Source: Neoechinorhynchus agilis (lineage: Eukaryota; Animalia; Acanthocephala). Taken from it: DNA of 64,000 bases. The notes beneath the pieces were generated by a model. The model was not told the origin of the DNA, ran no database searches, and saw nothing but the letters and a program-made list of their open reading frames with translations. The position numbers and the translations under genes are program-made. Positions 11,873-24,059 of this stretch are shown piece after piece (position 1 is the stretch's first letter; each line of letters starts with the position of its first letter). Location of the stretch: contig CM121342.1 of NCBI GenBank assembly GCA_051530055.1, positions 12,415,480 to 12,479,479 of the forward strand. Reading direction: 5' to 3'.

Positions 11873-13181
11873 GGTCTGGCCTTTAAGAGAAGTTCATTAG
11901 TCGGCAGTTGTCTTCGATCTAAACATTGATTCAATTCCGCTTAGTAAATCTGTTGCACTTTTTACAAAGAAAAGTTTCAGATACAACATTTTTAGAGTAC
12001 GGAAAGTTTTTGATAGCGAATTATAATACTTCTTTCAAACAACAGATTGAAGAAGGCCTACACAAAGGCCGAAAATTATCAAATAACCAATTAAATTATT
12101 ATAATTCGCTATCAAAAAGTAAATGATGAACACCTTTACAGTACGGAAAGTTTTGTCAGCGTTGTGCAAATAATTTTATTGTTGATTTAGTGAAAAAAGA
12201 TCGAGTCAAGGTTTTATTATACATTTTAGCGGAATATATAACCCCAGAATATCTCTTACATTTTCGTTTAAAATTTTGGAAAATCGTCCGAAAAGGTATG
12301 GATCACTGGCAGCGAATTTTTGTGTTAAAACCGACTGACTGCTGCATTAGCTGGGAATCGTAACCGCGGGAAATGTACAATTGAAGCACCAATGCTTTGG
12401 AGTCGTCATCTCAGAGAAAATTACGCATTCACTATATTGTACTACATTTGAAATTATTGTTTAGGTCTACACCCGGTAAATGATTACTTATTAAAGACGT
12501 TTCGAACCTCGTCGGATTCATAATCAGTTTGTTTGTTTGTGCGTCTATTACTAACAAACATATTCGCGTGCTTAATGAAAATCATGGTAATTCAACGGAT
12601 GTCTGGGACTTTTTTCCAATCTTAGATTTATGATTTTAACTTTTTAATGCATGCAATGAAACCTTCGTTTTTAAGATATTATATTTTCTGCAGTCATTTG
12701 CTAATATAAAGTTTTAAAATTTCTGCGTACTTGCAAAAATTCATCATAGTGCAACGGATGTCTGAGGCTTTTTCCTTATCTTAAATGCTTTTTGCGCCAT
12801 TTTTCATACAAGGCTTAGAAAAATAGTTAGTTCCAAGAACTCAAGTTTTGTTTCCTAATATCGAAGTCGATGATGAATTTTAAGGATATTCGCGTTCTCG
12901 CTGAAAATGCATGATGCCGTACTAGATGTCTAAAGCATTTGAGCAGTCTTCAAAAAATTTTGCATATATTTCAAATTTACGTTCCTGGATTATAGATTTT
13001 ATTTTTAAGTCGAATTCAAAACCCATGTTTACTTGTATTCTCGTATCAATGTAATCATGTAAACGTTTCAAAATCTAACAACATTTTGTGCTCTATTTTG
13101 ATCGTGATGCGATCGCTATCTCTTCGAGCTCACTTGAACGACATCGTTTTCATCGTCTCCGTTCGACGTCGAAGAAATTCT

Positions 13182-13845
13182 TGTGGCGGCAACTTCTTTC
13201 ATGGGATTGACGTGTATCCGTAAGAAGTTTCCCTCAGCCGAAAGACGAGAGAACAACATACAGGTAACTCATGTATCACAGATTAATATACTTGGTTTTC
13301 TTTTCGTGACGCCGCCAAATTGGTGACCCCGACGAGACCGGCTTGGTCAGCGTCCTGATTAGGCCCAGCAGCCAGCAACACGCCGTCATCGCACCGAGGT
13401 TCAACTCGGTTGCTCGACATCAGGCCCAGCGCAGCGTCGTGACACGCGGACCTCCTTGCTCAACCCAACGAGCCAAGCAGCGTTCGCCAATGTCACCGAT
13501 GCCTCAGCACTGGCAGTCGGCGCAGCCCACAACAACGGACCAAAGACGGCACCTGGTAGTTCGATCCTCCCAGACGAGACCGGCCAGGTCAGCGTCCGGA
13601 CCAAGCCCAGCTACAAGCAACGCGCCGTTATCACACCGAGGTTAAACTCAAAAGACCGGCACGTTTCCAGGACGGAACGGATTAGTGCGGCGACACTGGA
13701 GGGGAGGTATGTGGCGGCAACTTCTTTCACGGGATTGACGTGTACCCGTAAGAAGTTTCCCTTAGCCGAAAGACGAGAGGACAACATACAGGTAACTCAT
13801 GTTTCACAGATTAATGTACTTGGTTTTCTTTTCGTAACGCCGCCA
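13182..13845 (+). mobile_element. TRIM / non-autonomous LTR retroelement, 664 bp
   Basis: 136-bp TG...CA LTRs at 13182-13317 and 13710-13845 with 7 mismatches. PBS TGGTGACCCCGACG (13321-13334) is complementary to the tRNA-Trp 3' end. PPT GGAGGGGAGG at 13698-13707. 6-bp TSD AATTCT. Confidence 0.93.
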
Positions 13846-13853
13846 AATTCTCA

Positions 13854-15052
13854 ATGATCGTTAATTTCATTGCATTCTTATCACTCGGAAATACTTACGG
13901 TTACAGGTGGTACTACGACCGAGCCAATTACACTCTCTTCCGTTCAAACAAAAGTGTAGATCTTACTAAGCCCAGATTTCAAGCTGTCAATTGTGACGAA
14001 GTTGAATTTGGTCGTAATCGAACTCTTGTAAGACTTATCAAATTTAGTGAATCGAACAAAACGTACCAGGGTTGCACTAAGAAAACTGGAAAGTGCAAGG
14101 AACATGCACATTTCGACGAAGAACTTAAACTAAGGATAAATACACCTCCTTGCTGTCGGCACAATCTTATTTTAACTTATTACGACGTGCTGGATGTTCT
14201 TGAAAATTTTAACTTTTCTTACAGTCTTTACGGTGGCAGTGTATTAGGTGCGTATCGAGACAACGGGCACATTACGATTGGTGATTTCTTCATATTTTTA
14301 TAACGTATGGGAATTGCCCTTAATTTAATCTCTTTTTTATAACTTTGTAATAATTTTCTTTTATAGGATCGGGTTCCGATGACAATTGCTGATTTTCTAG
14401 CAATTTGCATTACTTTTTATAGCAATCGTTAAACTAAAACCTGTATTTATCTTAAAAGCGTCTCCTGTCTTAAATGAAAGATTTTCGCTTTTTTCACATT
14501 TATTCGTATTTTCGGTCTAGCGAAAAAATATTACAGTGAACGCTGACATTTTGTTCATTCGTGCATTGTCATTGTATTAGCATTTTAATATTCCCACTTT
14601 AATTGATCGTTTGCCTTTATTATCTCAAAGCCAATGAAGAAATCATTTGTATTCCATACGACGACGATATAGATTTTATTGTGAACTCAACTGAATACGA
14701 TCGGTTCATGGCAGAAGCCAAACCAATTCTTGAGCAAGAAAAGAGTCGAAAACTTCAAGATGTAAGAGCAAGAAAGCAAACTCATATTCAAGTCAGCGAT
14801 AAGAATAAACTGTCAGTTGATATCTTTTGGTTCATCGACAATGGCACTTCAATTGATATTCAGTTCAATTTGCTTAAGTTCGACAAGAAGATGCTTTTTC
14901 CGACCAAACCGATTGTTTTTGAGAACAGGTCGCCACAAGGCCCATCAAAGGTGAAGGAACTTATGGGAAGACTTTATAAAAACTGGCAGTATCCTTTGGA
15001 TTGCAGTATTAGAAAAGGTCATAATTGCATTGGGAAACCCATGGCCTTTTGA
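13854..15052 (+). CDS. LicD/FKRP-family nucleotidyltransferase with a signal-peptide-like N-terminus, two exons
   Basis: GGSVLGAYRDNGH plus IPYDDDIDF reconstitutes the LicD motif; C-terminal LFPTKPIVFE...P...L...Y..W. The intron at 14274-14653 is non-canonical. Confidence 0.75.
14274..14653 (+). other. Putative non-canonical inverted-repeat-bounded intron (380 nt)
   Basis: 12-bp perfect inverted repeat TGATTTCTTCAT (14282-14293) / ATGAAGAAATCA (14634-14645); ATT direct repeat at the junctions. Confidence 0.65.
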
Positions 15053-16541
15053 TTATCAAATATTATGATTAAGCCGCTCTCTTTAATACGATGAACGTCA
15101 TGTGGCTTGTTCGCGGGTTTTTACAATTATTAAAACTTTTGCGAATTTTTCCTGAAACATGAATACTACAAAAACGTGCACTAATCGCACGTTTTGAAAA
15201 AGATCGATGTCAATATTGCCCTTTAAAAATTCGGTTTCTAATTTGATATTTTTAAGATAATTAAACTGTGAAAATGTATGTTTCCCGGTTACTTCCTAAT
15301 ATTTAGAAGCATTTAATTACAAATAGATGTATTAATCTGAAAAGGTCATTCAAAAACAATTTTTATCTCTGATTTTTCATTCACGAACTCCATTGATGCT
15401 GAGAGTATAAAACTGCAAAACACTTCGGAATTTTTCGGTTCGTCTAAGACTTTCAGGTTAATTTTTCAGCAAGTTGCAATATTTTCTTCTTCCTGTAAGA
15501 ATTGTTTTTATCGAGGAACCTAACCAATTTTAAGTTATTAGAAGTTTTTGTGTGCTCTGTAAAAATTCGCATGGGGGCTGAAGCCAATTATTTCTTTTCT
15601 ACTAATATTCCTATATTCGTCCCTGCGAAAAATCTTGTTGTGAACAGAAGAACTAAACCACTTTTAATTAAGTGATCTAAAAACGAGCCAATGAGACTTT
15701 TTGAACGAACTTTTTTGAGAAAATCTTGTTCAATTCGTGAACTTCTCTTTATTATGATAAAGTGAAATTGCGAAGATCTTCGCTCGAAATTCTTTGTGAA
15801 AATATTGAAATATTCGAATTTTTTATTGACAAGTAATAGACTGAGAGTACTAACGACAATATAAACATAAACTATTAATTGCTTTAAAAACTTGTTTTTA
15901 ATGGAATTTTATGTACATGTTTATGGTGATATCTATTTTCATCTTAATTTTTGGAAATCTATTTGTTGGGAAGTGTCGCTGTAAGCACAAATTGGATCTG
16001 ATGGTTTTAATATTGGTAGTAAATATATCACGCAGAATTGAAAAAATCGCAACTTTGAAATTATTAGTACAACGACAACAACTTGGGAGCGTTTAATTGT
16101 CTAGGAAACCACATAGCGGCTTAAATACCAAATAATTTGAATACCTAATAATTTTGTAGGGTTAGATAATTTATGGGTCAGAAATTATCATCTTCAGTAC
16201 TTGCTACGTTTCCATGTTTTATTTGGATCAAATTTCTTTAACGCAGAATATAAAAAAATAACTCACAAAGGCAACATGGGTCTGATAGATGTAATTAAAT
16301 TGGAACTGCAAAACAAACCTATGATATATAATTGGTTTAGATCCTTCAATTATTTTGACCGATCATCAAAAAATAGTTTTACTTGTCCGCTAATCCTTGA
16401 AGAACAATTACGGCAGAAGCGTCTTAAATGCTAAAAACCCAACATTAAAACGGGAATTTGCCGGTGTAAGAGTAAATCGTTTAAGTTTATGACCTTGGAT
16501 AAGCACTTAAAAGTGTCTGCAATATCTTCACGTGCATAAAT

Positions 16542-17156
16542 TTATTTAGACAAAGAATTGTGTGTGTTCACGGCATTATCGAAGTCGATTGAGAATCGTG
16601 TTCGCCCTTCATATTTTTTATACTCAACTCCAGCAAGACCAAAAATGATCCTGGCACCTTGACCAACAACCTTTGTCATGTATTTTTCCGAGTAATATAC
16701 AACTTTCCTAATTCCAGCCTGAACAATTAGTTTAGCACATTCATTACAAGGAAACATCGTGACATATATGGAAGTTGGAGCCACATTGGAGCTGATGGAT
16801 AATGCGTTTCGGTTCATAATTGCATTCATCTCGGCATGACACGCATAAGCGTACTTTGTTTGAAGATAATCTTCCATTTTGACACTTTCAAGTCCTTCTC
16901 CTCCATTCCATGGAAGCTTGTCATCCGAACATCCTACTGGGAATCCGTTATAGCCTATTCCAACAATATGGTTCGATGCCTCGTCCACTATACATGCCCC
17001 CACTTGAGTCCTTGGATCTTTACTTCTTTGAGAACTCAGGAAAGCAATGCACATGAAATACTCTTGCCATGACAAATAATCTTTACGCCCAAGATTATCG
17101 GGAATCACTTCTGGAAGAGGTGGCATCAAATCTGTCTCTTTTGAACTGTTTTCCAT
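16542..17156 (-). CDS. DCTD: Deoxycytidylate (dCMP) deaminase, intronless
   Basis: [35 protein letters not shown] and PCNEC motifs; first ATG at 17156. Confidence 0.95.
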   Translation of the reverse strand: MENSSKETDLMPPLPEVIPDNLGRKDYLSWQEYFMCIAFLSSQRSKDPRTQVGACIVDEASNHIVGIGYNGFPVGCSDDKLPWNGGEGLESVKMEDYLQTKYAYACHAEMNAIMNRNALSISSNVAPTSIYVTMFPCNECAKLIVQAGIRKVVYYSEKYMTKVVGQGARIIFGLAGVEYKKYEGRTRFSIDFDNAVNTHNSLSK

Positions 17157-17472
17157 TGAGACCTTTGTCCCAGATACCAAAGAATTATCTTAAATCATTT
17201 GGGGAAAAGTGTTAAAACCTGGCGACTGGTTAGAATGCAAGTCTACTATAAGTTTCTTTAGTCTTATAGAACATATTTCCTATATTATTTTTACATAATA
17301 TAAATTGGTTACAGTTGTATTTAAAGGAGCTACACATTTACGAATCAGTCATTAGACTGAAATGAGATTTACAAGCGGCTGAAAAACGAAAGCTATCCGC
17401 AATGAACACCCATTCGCTTCATTGGCATCAAAGGGACATTTATCTGAAGTAGAAGGGTGATTCGAATTTCAA

Positions 17473-18320
17473 TCACGCATTTGACTGTGTCCTTGCGGAC
17501 TTTGGTACCCAATCAAGATAATCGCTTTTTGCACAAGCCCTATACTCTTCAGCAAGTGTTGCTACGACTTCTTTGGCATCATCGAATTCGCTTAAGTTAT
17601 CAGCAAACATGGGTTCGCTTTTAAACCGTTCAAGAAAGGCTTCTCGTTTGATTAATTTCTCGTATTGTTTTATACATTTCTCAAACAAGCCAACAACACC
17701 CGTGTGATTGGCAAGCATAAGTCCATTAACTCGATGAGTGTGTTTTATATAAGGACTTCTTTGTGAAAGTGCCACCTGAATGGAAGCCGGTCCCCATGGA
17801 ATAAATTGAGCCAGGCGACGTTCCTTGATTCGAATAAGACTCTGGTGAACTTGTGGGATTTCAACCTGACCTTGAATGATATTAAGGATCGATATGTAGC
17901 AATGGGGAAAGTCCCTTTCTCTGGACATAGTGACCATGAAGTTTTTTGGTTGAAGAAGGCGTCGCATCACGTCCAGGACTGTAGTTCGTCGAACTTCACT
18001 TTCGTGCTGATCGCTAATGAGAGGAGTGTAACTTGAGATTAGGAAATGAGGATTTGGATTCGGAATCAGCGACGATACGAGTGTCGTCAAATCATTGTAC
18101 ATGTATCCAGGATATCGCAAGGTCGATGTACTCGCTGACATTATCGTGGAAATTAATTTATTAATCTCATCGAGGTCAGGGTTATCGATATGCAGACGCT
18201 CCGCTGCGATGTGGTTCAATGAATTGTTATCTAACACAATTACACAATCAGCGTTTTGAGTCAGTCGCTTTAGGGTCAGAAGTGCATTGTAGGGCTGTAC
18301 TATTATATCAGAAACGTCCT
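17473..18320 (-). CDS. TUBG: Gamma-tubulin, C-terminal part only (from about the SDIIVQPYN motif)
   Basis: [69 protein letters not shown]. No N-terminal exon was found in the window. Confidence 0.9.
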
Positions 18321-18659
18321 CTTGTACGGACGCAGTTCCAAGTTCAAGAAGGGGTCAAAAAGGCCGAAAATTCAAGATGAACAAAACACAGTGAACAGGA
18401 CATTGATTAAAAGAAAGTTTTAATCGATCATTGATTCTTCAGACCTTAGGGAGAACAAACAAAGGTACATAACTATATATCCTTCATCTTAGAACCAGCA
18501 AGTTAAAATGGTAACTTCTGTATGCGTCTTAGGACGAAATAAACGAGTTTCATAAAAAATTTTTTTTTTCAATCGCGTAGGAGTAAGCGAAAACACCCAT
18601 TACACGATTCAATTTTTATTGACGATCACGTGGATTGCCTCAGCAGTTGAGGTAGTCAT

Positions 18660-21600
18660 CTAATCCCAAGCTTTTGTGTCGCTATTGTCCTAGATGCAAT
18701 TGAACACTATTTGACAAGAAGCTTGCTTTTGAAGAAGTTTCAAGATGGAGGTTATCCATGGTGGGTCGCAGTTTGAGATTCTAATGAATTTCTTGGGAAT
18801 TGCCGAAGTTAAGGGATTTTTTATGATTGAGGTTAGGGAGAACATGGCCAAGGAAGGGTTATTTGTGTTGTCAGAGTGGAATGGGCGAATATTAGAGTTG
18901 AACAATTTTATAAAATTGTGGATGTGATGATCATGTTTATCCCAGACGGCTAAACGGAGAGATTTTATACGCTGAGGTGGGGTGCAGGAAGTAATAAGGG
19001 CAGAAGTGTGGTCAGAATACGCGGGGGGAGCTTAGAGGCGGATGAGTAGGCGTCGCTATTTGTGAACACGTTGTCAAGGTGAGCGTCGAGACGAGTTGGG
19101 AAGTCAATTAATTGACGCATGCCGCCTCCACCACCGACGACATTGATGGTGTCCCTAATCAAGGTTCCTCGCTTCGCTCGGAACCAGGATGCTAGTCGTC
19201 AATATGAAGACGGAACCTAACCCGCCCAAAACGAGCCAAATGAAAAGACCAAAGAAACGCCCAACGCTACCGGGACACCAGGTCTCTCCATAGGTATATG
19301 CCCCGTTTGTTTAGAATCTTTTTCAATCACGAAATTGGGGGGTTTTGCGCGTTCATGTTCCCGTCAAATCACGTTGTGGGGGATCTGATCGAATCCCGTG
19401 ATCGCTTCAACCGGTAACACCAGAAAATCCGTCGACGCTCCCCGATGACGCCGGGAGTCTTCCTTCCGCTGCTGATCTCGTGCGTGTTCTTCCCATGAAC
19501 ATTCTGAAACGGATCCCAAAGGGCGCACGATATCTAGTAGCTAAAGGATTATCCACACTTCTGCTGGACTGCTTCGAGCAAAATTCAGAGTCCTCTTGTA
19601 CACGGCTCTTTGCTTTCCCCAGACTAGTACTTTCCGCTGGCGACAGTTAGGAGGATTCCCTCACTGCGGTAATCAAAAGACGCCTCTCATCCTTGGAGTA
19701 AAGTTTCTTGAGCATTCGTCGTTTAGCAAAGGAGCATCCCAAACAACGTGCGAATGAGACTAACTTCCGTCGGACATCTACGAGACCGCTTGCTGAGCGC
19801 GTATCTTCAAAACTCGCTGATGGAGATGCTCGGGGAGCAGTCCATATTTTGTGCTCCTCTGATACATTTACAGGTGATTCGCCCTCCGCATTTCAGGGTT
19901 TAAAGTTGAAGCATCCGCAAAGTTCAACCCAAACAGAAATTCCTACATGTTCGGTCCCTCAAAGACACTTCACTTCGATAGTTGAACTGAGAATGGCCAT
20001 ATGCTCCTTCGCCAATGGCTCTAGCCATGACCTCCATGGGTTTCGTCCTCAGCACCTAAAGGATATGATGTCGTTCTCAGTTGGAGATGCAGACATCTCC
20101 CTTGCCACCCATCTTTGTCGACTAGTCGACCTTTCATCGAAGAAAATTTACATCCGCGGGCAATTGAGTTGTTTTTTTGGCGCATCTTTGTGCGCTTTGA
20201 ACAAAAAGACTGGTGGGATTCATCCCATCGCCGTTGGCTCTGCTCTACGTCGGCTCGCAGGTAAAATCCTTTGCAAGCGTATTGCAGAAAGGATAGGACA
20301 GCATTTTCGCCCAGCCCAACTGGGATGCTGCACACCCTGCCGGTCCGAAATCATTGTCCGCGTACTCCACAGGTTTATCACCAATAGTTCAACGCCGTGT
20401 GTGATTTTGAAGTGCGACTTTACAAATGCCTTCAATTCCATTCACCGTACCATTCTGTTTGAGGCACTAAAAATTCACGCACCAGAAGCTTTTCCTTATT
20501 TTCTCAACGCATACGGGACCCCGACTCCTTTGCTGTTCAACGACCACATCATTTGGTCCGAACGAGGAGTACAGCAGGGAGACCCTCTCGGTCCAATCGC
20601 TTTCTCCCTTGCAGTGAATCCAATAGCGCACTCTCTCCAGTACAACTTTAACGTTTGGTGCCTGGATGACGCTACGCTCGGAGGTAATCCCTCCGTAGTA
20701 CTGCGCGATCTGGAGACACGTGAGGGATACTGCGAGATTGGGCGTTGAGCTTAATGCAGGGAAATGCGAACTGTTTTTAACGAACATCGAAAACGAGTCA
20801 GCGCAGAGCAAAATCGTCAAAGGTTTCAGAAATCTGGCACCCGGTATAGAATTGATCACTCTAGACCGGCTGAGTCTTCTAGGGAGCTGCGTTTTTGATT
20901 CTAATGTGGAAAATGAAATCAACCAACTACTCCCGAACATCACGATGGTCCAAGAACTTTCGTCACACGAGGCTCTATTCCTGATCAAGAATACCCTCTT
21001 TATCCCGAAACTACTTTATAAACTGCGCGCGGCTTCCTTCTTCGAGCACGTCGATAAGTTAAAGAAGCTCGATGACATTGTGAAGGTGTTTCTCGAGCAC
21101 ATTTTAAATATCCAGCTATCAGACGAGGTCTGGCGACAAGCTTCATTGCCTGTAACGTACGGTGGCTTGGGTATTCGAAAAACGGTAGATGTGTCGTTGC
21201 CCGCGTTTTTAGGATCATTCGAAGGGAATCGGGATCTGGTAAAAAGTATATTGGGACCCCAGTTCTGTTAAGGGGACGAATTTCTAGTAACGGTACAGGA
21301 ATGGTGGGAGAAGACGGGTTACAACCAAGTTCCCGTGAATGGCCTAAAGCAGTCTATCTGGGATAAACCTTTAGTCGCCCGAGCTCATAGTTCTCTAATT
21401 TCAGGCTCTCGCGACGAAGTCGACCGGGCTAGATTGCTGGCAGTCTCTACAAGAGAATCGAGAGAATGGTTAGAAGCCCTACCCATTGCATCGTGGGAAC
21501 ACTCCTCGTAGACGAAGCAGTTCGGATCGGAGTGTCCTTCAGATTTGGTTTACAGATTTGTGTCGAACATCGTTGCCGATATGGAATGATCGTGGATCCA

Positions 21601-23800
21601 CTGGAGGGACATGGTCTTGTTTGCAAAAAATCAGGGCCTCGTTTCTCACGGCATGCTGAATTGAACGACGTAATTTCGCGGGCCCTAAATACGTTGAACG
21701 TCCCAAACATTTTAGAGCCAAGCAATCTGTGCAGGCTAGATGTCCATCGTTTGGATGGCGTCACCGTATTCCCCTCTGGCGAGAAGGCAAATGTCTTCTC
21801 TTGGACGCCACGTGTGTAGACACGTTTGCGGCAGGTAACGGGAGGTTTGTGGTGCAGTCCCCAGGGGGAGCGGTTACTGCTGCTGAGGATCGAGAGGTGG
21901 CGAAATATAGAGAATTAAGTAGGTCACCCTTTGGAGTGGAGACTCTTGGTGCGCTCTTTAGCTCGGCACTTAGATTTATAAAGGAGTTATCGAGTAGACT
22001 CCAGGCCAAGACAGGAAATACAAGAGCTGCTGCCTTCCTACGCCAAAACATTGGTCTCGCGATCCAAAGAGGAAACGCAGAGAGTGTAGTCGCGACCACT
22101 GAGGATAGAGCGATGCCTCTTCGTGGACGGTGGTGATTCTTGAAACGTTTTGTTGTTGTGTGTATAACCGGGGAATGTTAATAAAATGCTCGTCGTGCTC
22201 GGAGAAGGGTAGAAGAGGAAAAAGTTTATTGAATTCCCCTGCAATTAAGAAATGGTGTGAATTTGTGGAGCTTATGAGCTCCATTATAGAATCGGGTTGG
22301 CATAAAGAGGACTCCGGGCGAGAGGCAGGAGGGCGATGACGCCCGCAATGGTGAATTCTCTAAGGCCATTTCTGTGCGGTGAATTGAGAGATAAAGAGTA
22401 TGGTAGCGATTGCCGTACGTAAATTGAGACCTCCCTGGACGGTCCTCGCAGTATGTATAGAAGGAGGAGTGCCCGTGAAGTATTGCTGAATTGCTGTTGA
22501 AGGGGTAAGCCACTTTTCTGCTAGGATGACTACGTCGGCTTTTGAGGTAGAAGAAATGAGTGAAATTTCATCTAAAGGGAATTATGGATTTCGGCAACCC
22601 GGGACGGAAATGAGGGAAATTGGGGTTACGCTGCTCTTCGCGGGTGGTGGATTAAGGGAGAAACGTTACAAGTTGCCGATACGGAACGATTGATTATCCC
22701 AACGAGAGAAGTCTGGAAGCGAATTGAAAATTTGAGAAATGAGTTTAGAGTTGATACTTTGTAGAGATCAGCTACGGTTGGACGGGTCGATTTATGGTGT
22801 TTTAGAGTAGCGGTAGAGCGATAATTATTTACTTGATTTGGGAGAAAGAGAGTGTTTAATGCGGAAGGGGTGGGAAATTGATCTTTGTGGTAGTTGAACG
22901 TAATCAAAGAAACTGGGAAGTCGCTTACTCTTCGAGTTTTTTGGATGGGAGAGTTGTTCTCGGGTGTTTGCTAAAAGTGACGGGCTACATTGGGAAGATG
23001 AGTTCTGGGTTGAGTTTGGAGGGCATTAGGAAATATTTTGTGATGCATTCTTATGTGGATAGATACGAAAAGAAAATTGAGAAGTAAGGAGTTTGAATCT
23101 TCTGTTAAGAAAGAGGGAAGCTACGAATGGTGAAATAAAAGTTAGTTTGAGGAGACGTGGTCTCGGGTTAAAGGGATTTTTGGATGGAATGCGCATAACT
23201 GTTAATGGGGGAAGAATAGTAGAGTGAATGTCGGGGAAAATGAGTCGATCGATACGAAGAAATTGGTGGCGGTTGTGCGAATCAGCGGCGACAGGGGCTT
23301 CCGGCGTATCCCTGAGGGAGGAGTGCATGACACGATGCGTCGAATTCATAGTGGCGAGGGATGATGGGCAAGGTGGAGAAGGTGTATCATTTCAGAAATG
23401 AATCGGAGCGTTGATTGATTTTGATGGTGTTGGTGCACAATATCATACTGCTCCACAGTAATTTTAGAATCATAAAGTACTACAGGCTGAATATCATCTA
23501 AGGGTGGTACCAAATCAATAATAATTGTCGAAATATTCGCAGTCTTTTGAACACCATTTGTTTGCAACAAATCTTCGTTTGATTTTGGCGTGCTGATGGC
23601 ATCTACCAAAACCTTATTTTCCTTTGCGGCTGCGTCACTACCTGATTTCTGTAAAACGCTAGATAGTTTCTTAGAATCTCCCTTTGGAAGCTTTGCTTGC
23701 CTCTTTGAGCCCCTAGTTCTTCCCTTTGCACTTTTTGACTTCGATCGACTGTTCACTTTCAAGAGCTTCCATTTCGTACTGAATAGCCTCCGCTAATAAA
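18660..23800 (-). mobile_element. Decayed CR1/L2-like LINE (ORF1-like region plus APE), interrupted by the CRE insertion; RT half absent
   Basis: FLIAGEFN, QLIDFPTRLDAHLDNVFTN and DPPWITSILKLL fragments. The frame is rejoined across the 19144-22185 insertion. Confidence 0.7.
19144..22185 (+). mobile_element. Near full-length CRE-type (RT plus restriction-like endonuclease) non-LTR element, frameshifted
   Basis: CPVC...RVH zinc finger, GVQQGDPLGP and CLDD RT motifs, CEHRCRYG...HGLVC zinc knuckle, RLDG...DATCVDT RLE, QRGNA C-terminus. Ends in AATAAA; 2-bp AT duplication. Confidence 0.9.
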
Positions 23801-24059
23801 CCCTTAACTGTGCTCGTCGCTTCAATTAATGAAGCCTTTAGAGTTTCAGTAACTCGTTCAAAGCACTTCCTTAGTACAACACCAATACGAGTGGAATTTC
23901 ACTGTTCATTGATTTGTAGAGAGAGTAGACGTTGACGAGAGAGGACGTCGACGTAGAGAGGACGTTTGTATGTCTTTTTCTTGGATACACTACAAATAGG
24001 TCGATTTTTAATATTTTCATTGTGAATTACATCAAATTAATAAAAAAAGATCGCGGAAA

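Noticed and set aside
13343-13857. ORFs of 100 and 133 aa inside the TRIM
   Set aside because: No gag/pol motifs; GC-rich internal sequence gives open frames by chance.
18400-18450. Minus-strand AGAATCAATGATCGA (RINDR) as the missing gamma-tubulin exon
   Set aside because: It needs a frameshift and is not followed by PKKL.QTYSVFP; probably chance.
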